From: Chiloscyllium plagiosum
Taxonomy: Eukaryota
DNA length: 64,000 bases
Reading direction: 5' to 3'
Assembly (NCBI RefSeq): GCF_004010195.1
Contig: NC_057718.1
Location: 92,977,569 to 93,041,568, forward strand
Positions 50,725-63,769 of this stretch are shown here, one piece after another; the stretch's first letter is position 1; each line of letters begins with the position of its first letter. The notes under the pieces are model-generated. The model was not told the DNA's origin. It did no database searches and saw only the letters and a list, made by a program, of their open reading frames with translations. Made by a program: the position numbers and the translations under genes.

Positions 50725-51410
50725 GGAAGCCTTGGAGTGTGGGTTCATTGTTCCTTGAAAGTGGAGTGGCAGGGAGACTGGGTGGTGAATAAGGCATTAG
50801 GTATGCTTGTCTTTATTGGACAGAGCATTGAGTAGATGAGTTGGGAGGTCATGTTATGGTTGCACAGGACATTAGTTTGGATTTGTTTGGAGTGTTGTGT
50901 GCAATTCTGGTCTCCCTCTTATAAGAAGGATGCTGCGAAACTTGAAAGGGTTCAGAAAATATTTACAAGAATGTTGCCAGAACCAGAGGGTTTGAGCTAT
51001 AGGGAAAGGCTGAATGGGCGGGGGCTATTTTCCCTGGAACATCGGAGACTGAATGGTGACCTTACGGAGGTGTGATTAGGCAAGGTCTTTTACCATAGGT
51101 GGGGGAATCCAAAACTGTAGTTTCAGATCAGAGGGGTAAGATATATAAGGAACCAAAAGGGGCAACATTTTCACGCTGAGGGTGGTGCGTGTATGGAATA
51201 GGCTGTCAGAGGAAGTGGTGGAGGTTGGTACAATTATAACATTCAAAAAGCACCTGGATAGGTAAATGAATGGGAAAGTTAAGAAGGATATGGGCTAAAT
51301 GCTGGAAAATGGGGCTAGATTTAAATAGGATATCTGGTGAACATGGACAAGTTGGACCAAAAGTGTATGTTTCCATGCTGTTTTTCTGTATGACTGTATG
51401 AATCTATGAC
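50725..51410 (+). mobile_element. HER1/CR1 LINE 3' fragment
   Basis: ORF 50836-51075 contains LECCVQFWSPSYKKD..LERVQKIFTRMLP; HER tail. Confidence 0.88.
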
Positions 51411-53419
51411 TGCTGGGGACAAGATACCTGCTCAACTGGAGAGGACTCATTGGTGTCAGTTCAGCAAATTTGCTCACATGCACAGGATGGAGCAACCAAT
51501 GGATTTGTGGGACACAATGGCCTCATTACCCAGAAACTGCAGCAATGCAGCAATTCATGCAATTGTCCAGCTGCCTCCATGAGAAGTTTGACAGTGGCTA
51601 TGGAGAGCCAGGTCCAGTACACTTGTGATCTGCTTGAGAAGCACATTTATCTGACTTACCCACATCTTCCTTCTCTATTATGAATCCAGGCAATGCCAGG
51701 GCTGCGTATAGGTTCCACCTGGAGTCTGTTTCCAAGTCAGTTTTTTTACAAGTCGGAGCATAATGTTGGACAGTGTAAAGCACAAACGTTTGTAACTCAG
51801 ACGCTTGTATGCTGGGGAGCTCCCCTCCCCCATACAGATTTAAAACTCTCCTGTGTCATCTGGCACCACACACAGGTTGCCACTTTGGTCCCTAACAGTT
51901 GTACTCTTTCTCTGGATATCCTCATCTCTCTAATATGCTTAAAAAATGCCATTTCATTTCCTGTAACTTCATATGCCAGTATCATTTCATTCCTGCTCTT
52001 CAATTTTCTAATTTATTTTCTTGAAACAAACCCCTGCCCTTTCTAGGCTGTTTGGTGTTTTGAGCTCTCAGTATCCACCATAGGCTTGCCCTTGAATCCT
52101 GATCCACTCTTGTACATTTATTGACATCCAGGGCCCTCTGCACTTCTTGTGGGGACATGTTGGCTCTGTACTCTCACCATTTCCTTTATGAAAGACTCCA
52201 CTGCTCTTGATGTAGATCTTCCCATAGGTAGTTCTCCAATTTGAGCAGACATGGAGCCCCCTTAAACACTGTCCACTATGATGGTGTCCAATGGACCTGG
52301 TGGAAGACCAGCTTAGAATCTTGAAGGCACAAGAACTACCAAGATCTACTATTCATGGGTGGCACAGTGGCTTAGAGGTTAACATGGCTGCTTTGCAGCA
52401 CAATGGGCCTGGGTTTGATTCCAGCCTCATGGTGACTGTGTGGAGTTTGCATGTTCTCCCTGTGTCTGTGGGGGTTTAGGATTGTTGGGCTTAATGGTGT
52501 TTTTCCACACTGTAAGGATTCAATGATTCAGGTCTTCCTTATGGTGTCCATAACCATGCCTCCGATATCTGTGTAACTTGTACCTAATTATTGTCATGCA
52601 ATTCATTCCACCTTGTTTAAGACAAGGGTCTCCTCATAAAAATCTTCGGCCTCCCACCTGGTGAGCAATTGTGCACACATCCCCATACAACTAAACAGTC
52701 AGCAGTGAGCATTACTCATATCACTCATATCAAACAATAACCCTTAATTAACTAATTGGCAGGAAATAATGGCTAGTTACTCAACCTACTTGGACATATT
52801 ATGATACACCTCTTCAAGTGGGACTTGAACCTGGACCTTTTGCCTCAGATAGTGCTGCTGCCCCACAAATCCCTCTAAATTAAGAGTATGAAGTAAACCA
52901 CAATGACAATTATCAATGGAAAGAAAAAGAGCTGTAATTTTATTACATTTTTGCCCAGCAAGTTTTGATTGACTTCTTCTTCTGTCATCCTTCTGCTTTC
53001 TGATTGAGAAATCTACAGTAAGAATGAAGGCTCTCCTGTTCCACCACACCAGCATTGACACATTTTCTTCAGCCACCCATGGTCTGCAGTTCCCTCCCAA
53101 TACAATTCCATTTCTCCTCTTTCCTCTCCTTCATTTCCACTTTCACTAAAACCATGCTCTCAGAGCAAACTTTGTTCACTTCCTCTTCATATCCCCTCCC
53201 TTGCTTCAGCATCCACTTTTCAATTATGCCTCTGTGGTAAAAGAACTTGTGGTACAATGGCTAGTGTTCCTGTCTCTGATCCAGAAGCTCTGGGTTAAAG
53301 TCCATGCCAGGACTTGATGAGCAAGCAAGGTGACCAAACTGAGTATCAATTTGCCAACAGGAAGTGGTATAGGAAAAATTGGGGGCTTCTATTGTCACTA
53401 TTTGTATCTCCAGGTCATG

Positions 53420-53750
53420 GAATCACTACAGTGTGGGAACAGACTATTTAGCCAATCGAGTCCACACTGACCCTCTGAAAAGCATCCCACCCAGACCCAC
53501 TCCTGTAACTCTGCATTTACTACAGCTAGTCCACCTAACCTGCATATCCCTGGACAATATGGGCAATTTAGAATGGCCAATCCGCCTAGCCTGCACAGCT
53601 TTGGACAGCAGGAGGAAACTAGAGTACCCAAAGGAAATCCACACAGAACTAGGGAAAAGTTGCAATCGCCAAGCAGGCAGTCAGCCAAGGCTGGAATTGA
53701 GCGCTGGTCTCTGGCACCATGAGGCAGCAGTGCTAACCACTGAGCCACCA
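53420..53750 (-). mobile_element. HE1-type SINE
   Basis: Reverse complement of the ggtggctcagtggttagcactgctgcctca head and V-domain. Confidence 0.8.
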
Positions 53751-54249
53751 ACAATATGCATGCAAACGTCATGCTTCTAAACTACTTGGATTCTGGGGCT
53801 TCATCGCAGTAAAAAGTAAGGATGTAACATTAGCTGCTGCGATCAGTTGATTTGAGAAGGGGCTGTTTGTTGTAAAGGTTCCTGAAAAATAGTTTTTCTG
53901 CATCCCCTAAAAGATACCTACTTCAAGGGACGAGATAAATTACTCAATGTGTTTTTGAATGTAGAACATACCTGCTTTCATTATTCTACCAGTCATCAGA
54001 CTAACAGGAAAATGAAGCAAAGGTCACCATGGTGCCAGAGGACCATAGGCTACTCCCTCATTAGACAGTGATAATTGGTGGTGAGATTAACACGAAGGTC
54101 GCCATGCTTCAGACGAGGGACAAGGCTAAGAGTACAAAACCTTCATGGTGACCTCAGCTAGTACAGGAATTGAACCTATGCTGTTGATGTTATTTCTTAT
54201 CTTAAACCAGTTGTCCAAGCAAATTGATGGCCAAATAACAAGACCTCAA

Positions 54250-56176
54250 GACAATAAGGTGTAGGAGCAGGATTAAGCCAATTGACACATTGAGTTGGCT
54301 CCACCATTCGATCATGGCTGATATGTTTCTCAAGCACATTCTCCTGCCTTCTCCCCATAACCCTTCATCGTCTTCTCAGTCAAGAATCTACCTATCTCTG
54401 CCTTAAATACATCTAATGACTTGTCCTCCACAATCTTCTGCAGCAATGTGTTCCACAGATACACCATCTTCTAGTTGAATAGCTTCCTCTTCATCTCAAA
54501 TCTAAGCCTCATTCCTTCACTATGAGGCTGTGCCCTTGGGTCCTTGTCTCTCCTACTCGTGGGAACATTTTCTCCACGTCCACACTACCCTCTCAGTATT
54601 CTGTAAATTTGAATCAGATGCCCCCCTGATCCTTCTAAACTCCATTGAATACAGACCCAGCGTCCTCAACTGCTCCTCACATGATCCTCATATGATAAGC
54701 CCTTCATTCCTGGGATAATTCCTGCCAACCTCATCTGAACTCCTTCTAAAGGTAACACATTTATCCTTAGATGCAGGGCCAAAAACTGCTCACAATATTC
54801 CAAATGTAGTCTGACCAGAACCCTACTCAGCCTCAACAGTAAATCCCTGCTGTTGTATTCTAGCCCTCTTGAAATGAGTGTTAACATTGCATTTGCCTTC
54901 CTAACTGGCAACTGACCTGCATGTTAACTTTAAGAGAATCCTGAACTGGGACTCCTAAGTCTCTTTGTGTTTCATATTTCAGAAGCCTTCCCCTGTTTAG
55001 AAAATGGTCTATGCCTCTGTTCTTCTTACCAAAATGTATAAACTCATACTCTGCCACATTGTAGTCCAGCTGTCACTTCTTTGTCCACTCTCCTAGCCTA
55101 TCCAAGTCCTTCTGCAGCTTCCCTTCTTCCTCACTACCTGTCCCTCCACCTTTCTCTATATCAAATGCGAACTTAGCACCAAAGCCCTCAGTTCCTTTGT
55201 CTAGATCACTTCTGTATAACAGGAATATTATCCCAATACGGACTCCTGCAGAATTTCATTAGTCACCAGCTGCCATCCTGAAAAGGACCCGTTTATGCCA
55301 CTCTCTGCCTTCTGCCAGTCAGCCAATCCTCTATCCATCAAGTAACTGGCCTATAATACCATGAACTCTTATTTTATTTTGCAGCCTCCTTGTCAAGGAC
55401 CTTTTGGAAATTGAAATAGATCACTTCTACTGGACCTCCTTATTTAACTTGTTTGTTACATCCTCAAAGAATTCTCACAATTTGTCAGGCATGACAATCT
55501 CTTGACAAAGCTGTGCTGAATCAGCCTTATTTTACCAGGCACTTCCAAGCACAAGTAGATAACCCTTTATCTGAAATCCTGAAATCCGAAAAGCTCCGAA
55601 ATCTGAAGGTTTTCTTGTGAAGTTTTTTTTCTCATTAACAAGGTTGTTTGGCACGCAAACAGTTAACCCAACTCCATATCCACTCGATTTGTCTCACACA
55701 GAAGTGTGAGGGTGTGTGGTCCAGCACTGGCAGGTCTCAATTCTGTTTCAGAGTCTGTTTTACTCACAGTACGTCAGCTGTTTGGTAAGATTTTTGAAAA
55801 TTTCACCATCAAACTGTCAATTATTCTGAAATTCGAAAAATTCTGAATTCCGAAAACCAGCTGGTCCCGAGCATTTCGGATAAAGGTCTGTGCATCTGTA
55901 CTCTGCAATCTTATTCCTAACAATGGACTCTAAAGTTGAACCAAAGACCAAGGGCAAGTTAACCGGTCTATAGTTTTCTGTCTTCTGCCTCCTGCATTTT
56001 TTTTAAATAGAGGTGTTACATTAGCCATTTTTCCATCCTCTGGTACTCTCCCTGACTTCAGTGATTCCTCTCAATCTTCTTCAAATCTCTGTGATGTAAT
56101 CTATTTGGTGCCGGTGATGTATCCAACCTCAGATTTTTCAGCTTTCCCAGCACCTCTCCCTCAGCGATAGCCACTG
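54250..56176 (-). mobile_element. CR1 LINE (about 1.6 kb of RT region), interrupted by a MITE
   Basis: Minus ORF KANAMLTLISRGLEYNSRDLLLRL..LEYCEQF; continuous decayed RT similarity across the span. Confidence 0.85.
55552..55898. mobile_element. Tc1/mariner Tigger4(Zombi)-like non-autonomous DNA transposon
   Basis: Imperfect TIRs ca..tagataaccctttatctgaaat / atttcggataaaggtctgtgcatctg, CA/TA flanks, and subterminal ccgaaa repeats. Confidence 0.65.
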
Positions 56177-56384
56177 CACTCACCACTGAGTCCAACGATC
56201 AGTGGTTATCGCTGCACAGGAGGTGCTGGGGGAACTGAAAGCTCTGAAAGTGGATACATCACCAGCACCAGATGGATTGCATCCCAAAGGTCTGAGGGAG
56301 ATAGCTGAAGAGATTGGATAGGAATCACTGAAGTCATGGAGGTACCAAAGGACTGAAAAAGGCAAGTACTTATACATTTTATGG

Positions 56385-57115
56385 TAAAGTCCTGGGGAGT
56401 GTTGCTGAACAAACAGACCTTGGAGTTCAGGTTCATATTTCCTTGAAAGTGGAGTCGCAGGTAAATAGGATAGCAAAGAAGGCGTTTGGTATGCTTTCCT
56501 TTATTGGTCAGAGCATTGCGTATAGGAGTTAGGAGGTCATGTTGTAGCTGTACAGGACATGGGTTTGGCCACTTTTGAAATATGGTATGCAATTTTGGAC
56601 TCCCTCCTATAGGAATGATGTCATGAAACTTGGAAGGTTTCAGAAAAGATTTACAAGGATGTTGCCAGGATTGGTGGGTTTAACCTATCAGGAGAGGCTG
56701 AATAGGCTGGGGCTGTTTTCCTTGGAGTGTTGGAGGCTGAGGGCTGACCTTATAGAGGTTTAGAAAATCATGAGGATCATGGATAGGGTAAATAGCCAAG
56801 GTCTTTTCCCTGGGGTGGGGGAGTCCAGACTAGGGGGCATAGGTTTAAGGTGAGAGAGGAAAGATATAAAAGGAACCTAAGGCCATGTTTTCATGCAAAG
56901 GGTATTGCATGTATGGACTGAGCTGCAGAGAAAGTGGTGAAGGCTGGTACAATTGCAGTATTTAAAAAGGCATCTGGATGGGTATATGAGTATGAAGGGT
57001 TTAGAGGGATATGAGCCAAGGGACATGGCAAATGAGACTAGATTGGGTTAGGATATCTGGTCGGCATGGACGAGTTGGACAGATGGGTCGGTTTCCATGC
57101 TGTACATCTCTATGA
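56385..57115 (+). mobile_element. HER1/CR1 LINE 3' fragment
   Basis: ORF 56575-56763 contains QFWTPSYRNDVMKLGRFQKRFTRMLPGL; HER tail. Confidence 0.88.
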
Positions 57116-57124
57116 CATTATAAC

Positions 57125-57330
57125 TGTATAACTGCCTCCTGAAACACAGTGTCCAGGTAACTCTCCCCCTCTCTCCCCCTCTCTGTTGCAGTGTTCGAAG
57201 TTCAGACTCCAGCTCATCAACCCTGAACCAGAGTTCCTTAGCAACCAACACTGGCTATTAGTGTCACTATTAATCCACAGTGGGGTCCACCAGCTTCCAT
57301 GCGATGCAGTTACAACAACTCGCCTGGCCT
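57125..57330 (-). mobile_element. CR1 ORF1 fragment
   Basis: LVAKELWFRVDELESELRTLQ resembles the CR1 ORF1 coiled-coil segment. Confidence 0.55.
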
Positions 57331-57645
57331 TGCATCTCTATTTTAATTACTTATTTCTTAGTTTGATTTTTAAAATTTCGTGCAAGTCTTTTAGTTTGTA
57401 ATGGATAAATATTTCCCCTATTTAAATTAACCTATAATACATAGTCAAATTAGTAGCTATCTCCAATCAATTAACTTATGGCTTATCTGTGATGTTACTC
57501 TTTTGGTTTGGGCCCCTGATCCTGGTCTTCAATTTATGCTGTCTCAAGGAAAACCTTATAAACTATCAGCCAAAAAGAGCAAACAAAAAGCACTCTTCCC
57601 CTCTGCATCGATTTCGCATGTTGACTCCAAATTTCCCGAACAACA

Positions 57646-57834
57646 GGAGTAAATCATTGCAGATGCTGGAATCTGAACAGAAAACAACAAATGCTGAAGG
57701 TCACAGCAGGTCAGGCAGCATCCATGGAGAGAAAGCAAGCTAACGATTCGAGTCGAGATGACTTAAAACATTAGCTTGCTCTCTCTCCATGGATGCTGTC
57801 TGACCCACTGTTATCACCAGCATTTGTTGTTCTC
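57646..57834. mobile_element. Fold-back short Penelope-like element
   Basis: Arms aacaacaaatgctg..cagcatccatggagagaaagcaagctaa / ttagcttgctctctctccatggatgctg..cagcatttgttgtt; flanks cccgaacaaca / cccgaataata. A related copy lies at 42715-42835. Confidence 0.75.
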
Positions 57835-60116
57835 CCCGAATAATATAGTCATTCAGGCTGTGTCTCATTCTGGATGTGGTCTCTTCTTTCTGGCCACGTG
57901 AAGCTGAGTACAAGTACATTTCCAGATACAGTGCATTGTACAAGCGCCTTCGCTGTTATATCATTATATGATAAGGACAAGTAGCAGTTAAAATATTCTT
58001 CATTTTACTTCAGATACTGATTTTCAGAGTAATCTGTGTAGTAATAGGATTACATGATAAATCATGAAATTTTATTTGTAGATTTTGTCTCGACTGTTTA
58101 TGGCAACATTTGAAGGCTGCAGAGATAGACTCATTTATCTTTTATTATGGACTATTGCTGTAAAGATATCATGCATTCTACACTGTGTTAATGGTGGATT
58201 CACAGACAGGTTATGCACAGGAACAGACAAGAATGACAAGTTGTGAAAATACTTTGTGGTGATTGAAGGCATCAGTCAGTCAATTGCTCCCATGCACGAT
58301 TTATCAAAGAATATTTTTTGTGAGCTTTGAATTGTGATTTTTATCATTGGAAGATAAATTCATTCACTGTTGTGGTACTTTCAGTGACAATTATACTAGT
58401 GGCATGAAGTTCGGCAAAGAGACAAAGATACAAATTTGTTTGCCATGTTGTTTGATGGTTGATATGCAAGTATATCATACTTAATACCTGTCCACAACAT
58501 GAGTGAATATGAGTTTGCAATATGATTCACCTTGTGATTATTGGTTGACTGTGTGTTACTCCTTATTCTGAAGAGCAGAATGTTGGTGACTGAAACAGAA
58601 TTCTAATATGGAGTTGTTTTATTATCGTTAAGAAAAGACAAAGTTTATTTTTATTCTTGCTGATTTGTAGTTTTTGTGTGCAATCTGTCTGCTTGTACAA
58701 TTTGTGTGTTGTGTAGGGATAGTGGTCAATGTTAAAATTTGATTTGCACTTTTTGAAATGCTGAGGCCCATTTACTACCCAATATTTTTGAAAGGCTATT
58801 TCTGATGCTGCAGTGAAATAAGGTGCAGTTTAATTTGACTGCAGTGCTTTTTCACTTCCGCTCTGAGAAACTTTTGGTCCAGATCTTCTGGTCAATGGCA
58901 AGTAAAAGCTATTAGTTCTATGTTATACATACATTTGCCCAAAGTCTTGCTTTGTACTTTTATGTGCACTGGAACCTCTCAGTTCATAGAAATTGAAGAG
59001 TGTGACATTCTTTTCAGAGGATTCTGGGACTTGAATGGGGTAAGCAATATGTTTGTCCTTAACCAAACAGATTGAAGAATCCTCATGAAGACATGCAGGA
59101 CAGAATCAAACAGCCACACAAACTTGGCTTTGGAGGTAGGTGGTGGGATGGAAGAATTTGTGAAAATCAGAGGGGTGATCCATCTACTCGATATGCTCAT
59201 GTCATCAAGCAATCGTGCGGGATATTAGTTCAAAATAGCAATGGATACCTTCCCAGCAATGTAGAGCCTTATTCAGAGCAGAATGATTACACCATCAAAA
59301 TCTTCCCAATGGAAGAGAACTTCCCTTGCTGAGGCCTAAGTTCAGGAGGTAGCTAGAGGTGGTCCAGTGAAGCCTCCTTGAAATATGTCCGTCTTGCGTC
59401 CGATATTGAATGATGAATTAATCAGGAATAATAAGGTGAATTCATCATCACCTACAATATGAGAGCCCAGTCTTTGGCCGACCGAGAAACAGAGTATTTA
59501 AGGAAAAAGTTCTCAACTTTGGAGCCAAGGTTGTCATTATCTGATAAATTACATTAATTTGTTACGTTTATTCATGTCCTTATTTAATGAAAGGAAGAAA
59601 CAATTGGTAGACATTAATCATTTTAGTATATATATGTAGGGGATGAGGGGATCTCTCTTGTGGGACAGTGATAATGTCCCTACTTCTGGGCAAGGAGGCC
59701 GAGGTTCTAGTCTCACTTGCTCTCGAGGTGTGTGATAGCATCTCAGTACAGTTTGATCAGGCAAAATCTATAATTAAAAATGTTGAGAGAGCAACATAAC
59801 TGATAAAGAATCATGTTTGTAGGAAAGATCCTGAACATGTCTTCTTATATATATAGGGGCAAGGGTTTTTGTCACACAATGGTACTGTCCCTACCTTTGA
59901 TCCAGGAGGTTCGGGTTCAAGTCTACATTCTCTGGAAGTTTGTAAAACATCTCTGAACAGGCTGATTTAAAGATAGCCTGTATTTAGGGAGCTTCTATAA
60001 CACTCAGATGGGAAGTAAGCTGTGACTGCACAGTCAATAAATTCTATCCACAGGGAAAACATGTCTTGCAGACAATTTCATCTGTTTCAGCTTAAATTTG
60101 TGTTGGCAAAAGTAAT

Positions 60117-60420
60117 TTTAGATTAGATTCCCTACAGCTCAGAAACAGGCCCTTTGGCCCAAAAGTCCACACTGACCCTCCAAAGAGTAACCCACCCAGA
60201 CCCATTTCCCTCTGACTAATGCACCTAATACTATGGGCAACTTAGAATGGCCAATTCACCTGACCTGCGGGATGAAACCAGAGCATCCAGAAGAAACACA
60301 CACAGACACAGGGAGGATGTGCAAACTTCACACAGTCACCTGAGGCAGGAATTGAACTTGGCTCCCTGGTGCTGCACGGCAGCAGTGCTAACCACTGAGC
60401 TACCTTGCCACCGTGCCACC
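60117..60420 (-). mobile_element. HE1-type SINE
   Basis: Reverse complement of the 35638-35955 type, including the ttagattaga tail. Confidence 0.88.
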
Positions 60421-62394
60421 CTAGTTTTGGCTGATGGTTAACTATGCAGTAATGATCCCTCCATTCCTATATGCTTTGGAGCCCTGGACAAATGACAGCT
60501 GACATTTCAAAGTTCTGGAGAATTTCCGCCAACAGTGCCTTCACTGCATCCTCTGACTCCAGTGGCAAGATCGTTGACCAAAGCAGCATTCCCTTAGAAG
60601 CCAATCTACCCAGTGTCAAGGCACTGACAACTTCACTGGGCTAGTGATAGCTTCACTCGTGCATGGTCTGATTTGCCAGAAATCCCATTAACTAAACCAA
60701 TATTGTGTTCATCTCAATTCAAACCTTCCATTTAAATGAACGAGGAATAAAAAATTTAGGACAGATTTCTTTAAACGCATGCACTCTGACCTACCTGATC
60801 TCCTGGCACTCTGGTGATCTAATGGTAATCTAATGAACATTTTTCCTCAGCTTTAATTTGGTTTCTTGGTGAGCTGCAAGGCTGAAACAACTTTCAAAGA
60901 ATATCAAAATTTATCCTATAATTTAAAAAAAATGTAGTGATGGAACCAAATGGATCTTATTGACTATGAAATTCTCGGTTGATGTTGATTATCTGAGCCA
61001 ATTAGGGAGCCGAAACCAACAGATGCAAACAGGGGGTTCAGAGAGTCTCCTAACTTCAAGGGTCAACTCTGAGCTGGTTGGCCACAGCCAGTGTACTGTG
61101 CACATGCAAGTAAAGGGTGACTTCGGGATGGAATACCTGCCTCTGTGCAGTTATTGAAATAAATGATTCAGTTATGAATTGTGATCAGAAACTTTGATCA
61201 ACAAGGGCATTAGCTGAAGTGGCAGTTGTAATCTCGCGTTAATTCATAAGGGGGAATATCAAACGATATTGATAATATGGAAAATCCAGGAGTAGGAATA
61301 GACTATCTCATCCCTCAAGCCTGTTCGATCAGTCAATGAGCTCATTGCTAATCTGTCATGTATCTCCATATACCTGCCTTCGTCTAATGTCCCTTAGCAC
61401 ATTTGGATAATAAAAACACCTATGAATCCCTTATTTCAAATGTGCAGACTATCTAGCATCAATTGCCCATTGTTGAATAAACTTGCAAATTTTTCCCATC
61501 CTTTGCCTGCAGAAGTGTTTTTAATTTCACTGCTGAAAAGTGTGACTGATCTTAAGATGACTAGACTAACCCTAGACTCTCTAAGCAGTGGAAATAGTTT
61601 CTCTTTTAGTAACGTATTCCTTTGAAGGTCTTGAAATCTTCAATCAGATAACCCCTGAATCTCCTAAATAGCCAAGGAAACAACCCCAGATTGTGTCATC
61701 TCTCACAATTTAACTTTGGCAACCAGCGATCACAGGGACAAATCTAAATACGAAATGAAAAGTGAAGTTTTGATAGCTCCCTTAAGGCCCTTGTGGGAAT
61801 GTTGATGAATAATTGTTAACGATCAGCATTTTTCTGAGGGATGAGAATAACAATTTTTAACAGCTTTATGGCATTATTCTGCTCGCAATCATTTCTGGTT
61901 ATTTACTACAGATGTGATCAGGCCTGCTTGCATTTAAACTTTATATGTTCAGCGACTTTGAAGTTTACAAAGTTTCACCTGATTATGATGTATAGTTGTG
62001 ATATTAGTTTACAAGACCATACAAGAGAAAGGTTTCCTGTTATCACTGACACATGTGACATAATGCAGCAGTAGTACACAAATCATGGCTTTAGATCTTT
62101 TGTTAGGATCTACTGTGCATTTTGTGCCCCATCCAATTACTGCCAGTAGTAACGACTGTTCTCTTGTACTTACACAGTGAACCTTAATGTTCATGACCTC
62201 AGGATATCTCAAAGCACTTTACAGCTGATGAAGTGTAATTTTTAAAATAAAAGTCCCTGTTGTATTGGAGGATGTTTGCACACAGAATAATCTCACAAAC
62301 ATCAAAGAGATAATGACCAGATAATCAGCTTTTTAGTGAATTTCGTAGCAGGATAAATGTTGGCAGGATGCCAGGGAGTACTTCATTTCTCTCT

Positions 62395-62905
62395 TGAGAA
62401 AGGATGTACTGGTACTGGAGGGGGTGCAGAGGAGGTTCACTCAGTTGATTCTGGAGTTAAGAGAGTTGGCTTATGAGGACAGATTGAATAGACTGGCACG
62501 GTACTCATTGGAATTTAGAAGAATGAGGGCGGATCTTATAGAAACACATAAAACTACGAGGGGAGTAGATAAAATGGAAGCAGGAGGTTGTTTCTACTTG
62601 GGGGTGACACGAGAACTAAGGGGCATAGTCTCAAAATAAAGGAAAGCAGATTTAGGACTGAGCTGAGGAGACACTTCTTCACCCAAAGGATTGTGAATCT
62701 GTGGAATTCCCTGCCCAGGGAAGCAGTTGAGGCTACTGCATTAAGGCAAAGATGCATGGATGTTTGAACAGTAAAGCAATTAAGGATTATGATGAGCGGG
62801 CGGGTAAGTGGAGCTGAGTCTATGAAGAAGATCAGCCATGATCTTAATAAATGGTGGCTCGAGGGCTCAGATGTCCTACTCCTGCTCCTTGTTCTTCTGT
62901 TCTTC
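62395..62905 (+). mobile_element. CR1 LINE 3' fragment inserted in a DeuSINE relic
   Basis: ORF RKDVLVLEGVQRRFTQLI; Deu-like sequence continues on both sides (62200-62393 and 62906-63012, minus strand). Confidence 0.85.
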
Positions 62906-63657
62906 TGTTCTCTGAAATAACAACATGAGATATGTATTGTCTGCCTATGAGGATAGATGGGGCCTAGATTTAGTGTCTCATCTGAAAGGCAGCACTTTTG
63001 ACAGTGCAGCACTTTTTGAAGATATCAGTCATAGGTTCACCTTTCATTCACTTTCACTGGAATGTTTGTGGGATATTGCTGATGTACAGTAACTTCTGGA
63101 ACTACATCTTCCAACGCGTGCATTCTTGTATATTGGCAAACTCTGATGGGCATTAGTAGAGGAACAAGTGCTAAATTGAAAAGGAATAAATGAGAAACAT
63201 AAATACAACACTGTCAATGTGCATTTATGTAGCACCTCTAACATAGTCAAATAACACAAAGGTGCTTCACTGGAATGTTTTCATTTTAATATCAATCCTG
63301 TTAGGATGGGACTGAGTGCAATTAGAAACTACAGCACCATTTTTTGTAGAAGCTGTGACATTATTTGAGTGGCATTTGAAAAAATAATTGAAAGCTCATG
63401 GCATTTCGAAAGGTGACTAAGGTAGTGGGCAGGTGACTGTCTATAGTTCTTATTTATACGGCTTTCCAGAAAACATTTGAAAAATTCCCAGTTGAATTGC
63501 ATGGAATTGAAGAAAAATTATTCATCCATTCAGATGTTGGCTGAGTGGCAGCAGACTTAGAAAAAGAATAATGGAGTTGATACTCTAGTTAATCAGGAGG
63601 TGTCTGGTATTGCTTGCAAGGTTCAGTTGTTGGGAACTCAACTATTTTGTGTTGATT

Positions 63658-63747
63658 CCTGAAGAAGGGCTCATGCCCGAAACGTTGATTCTCCTGCTCC
63701 TTGGATGCTGCCTGACCTGCAGCGCTTTTCCAGCAACACATTTTCAG
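63658..63747 (+). mobile_element. Family A element of 90 bp that begins at the hammerhead core
   Basis: CTGAAGA A GGGC TCAT GCCC GAAAC GTT; TSD ctat(t/c)ttgtgttgatt at 63642-63657 and 63748-63763. Confidence 0.85.
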
Positions 63748-63769
63748 CTATCTTGTGTTGATTGTCAAC

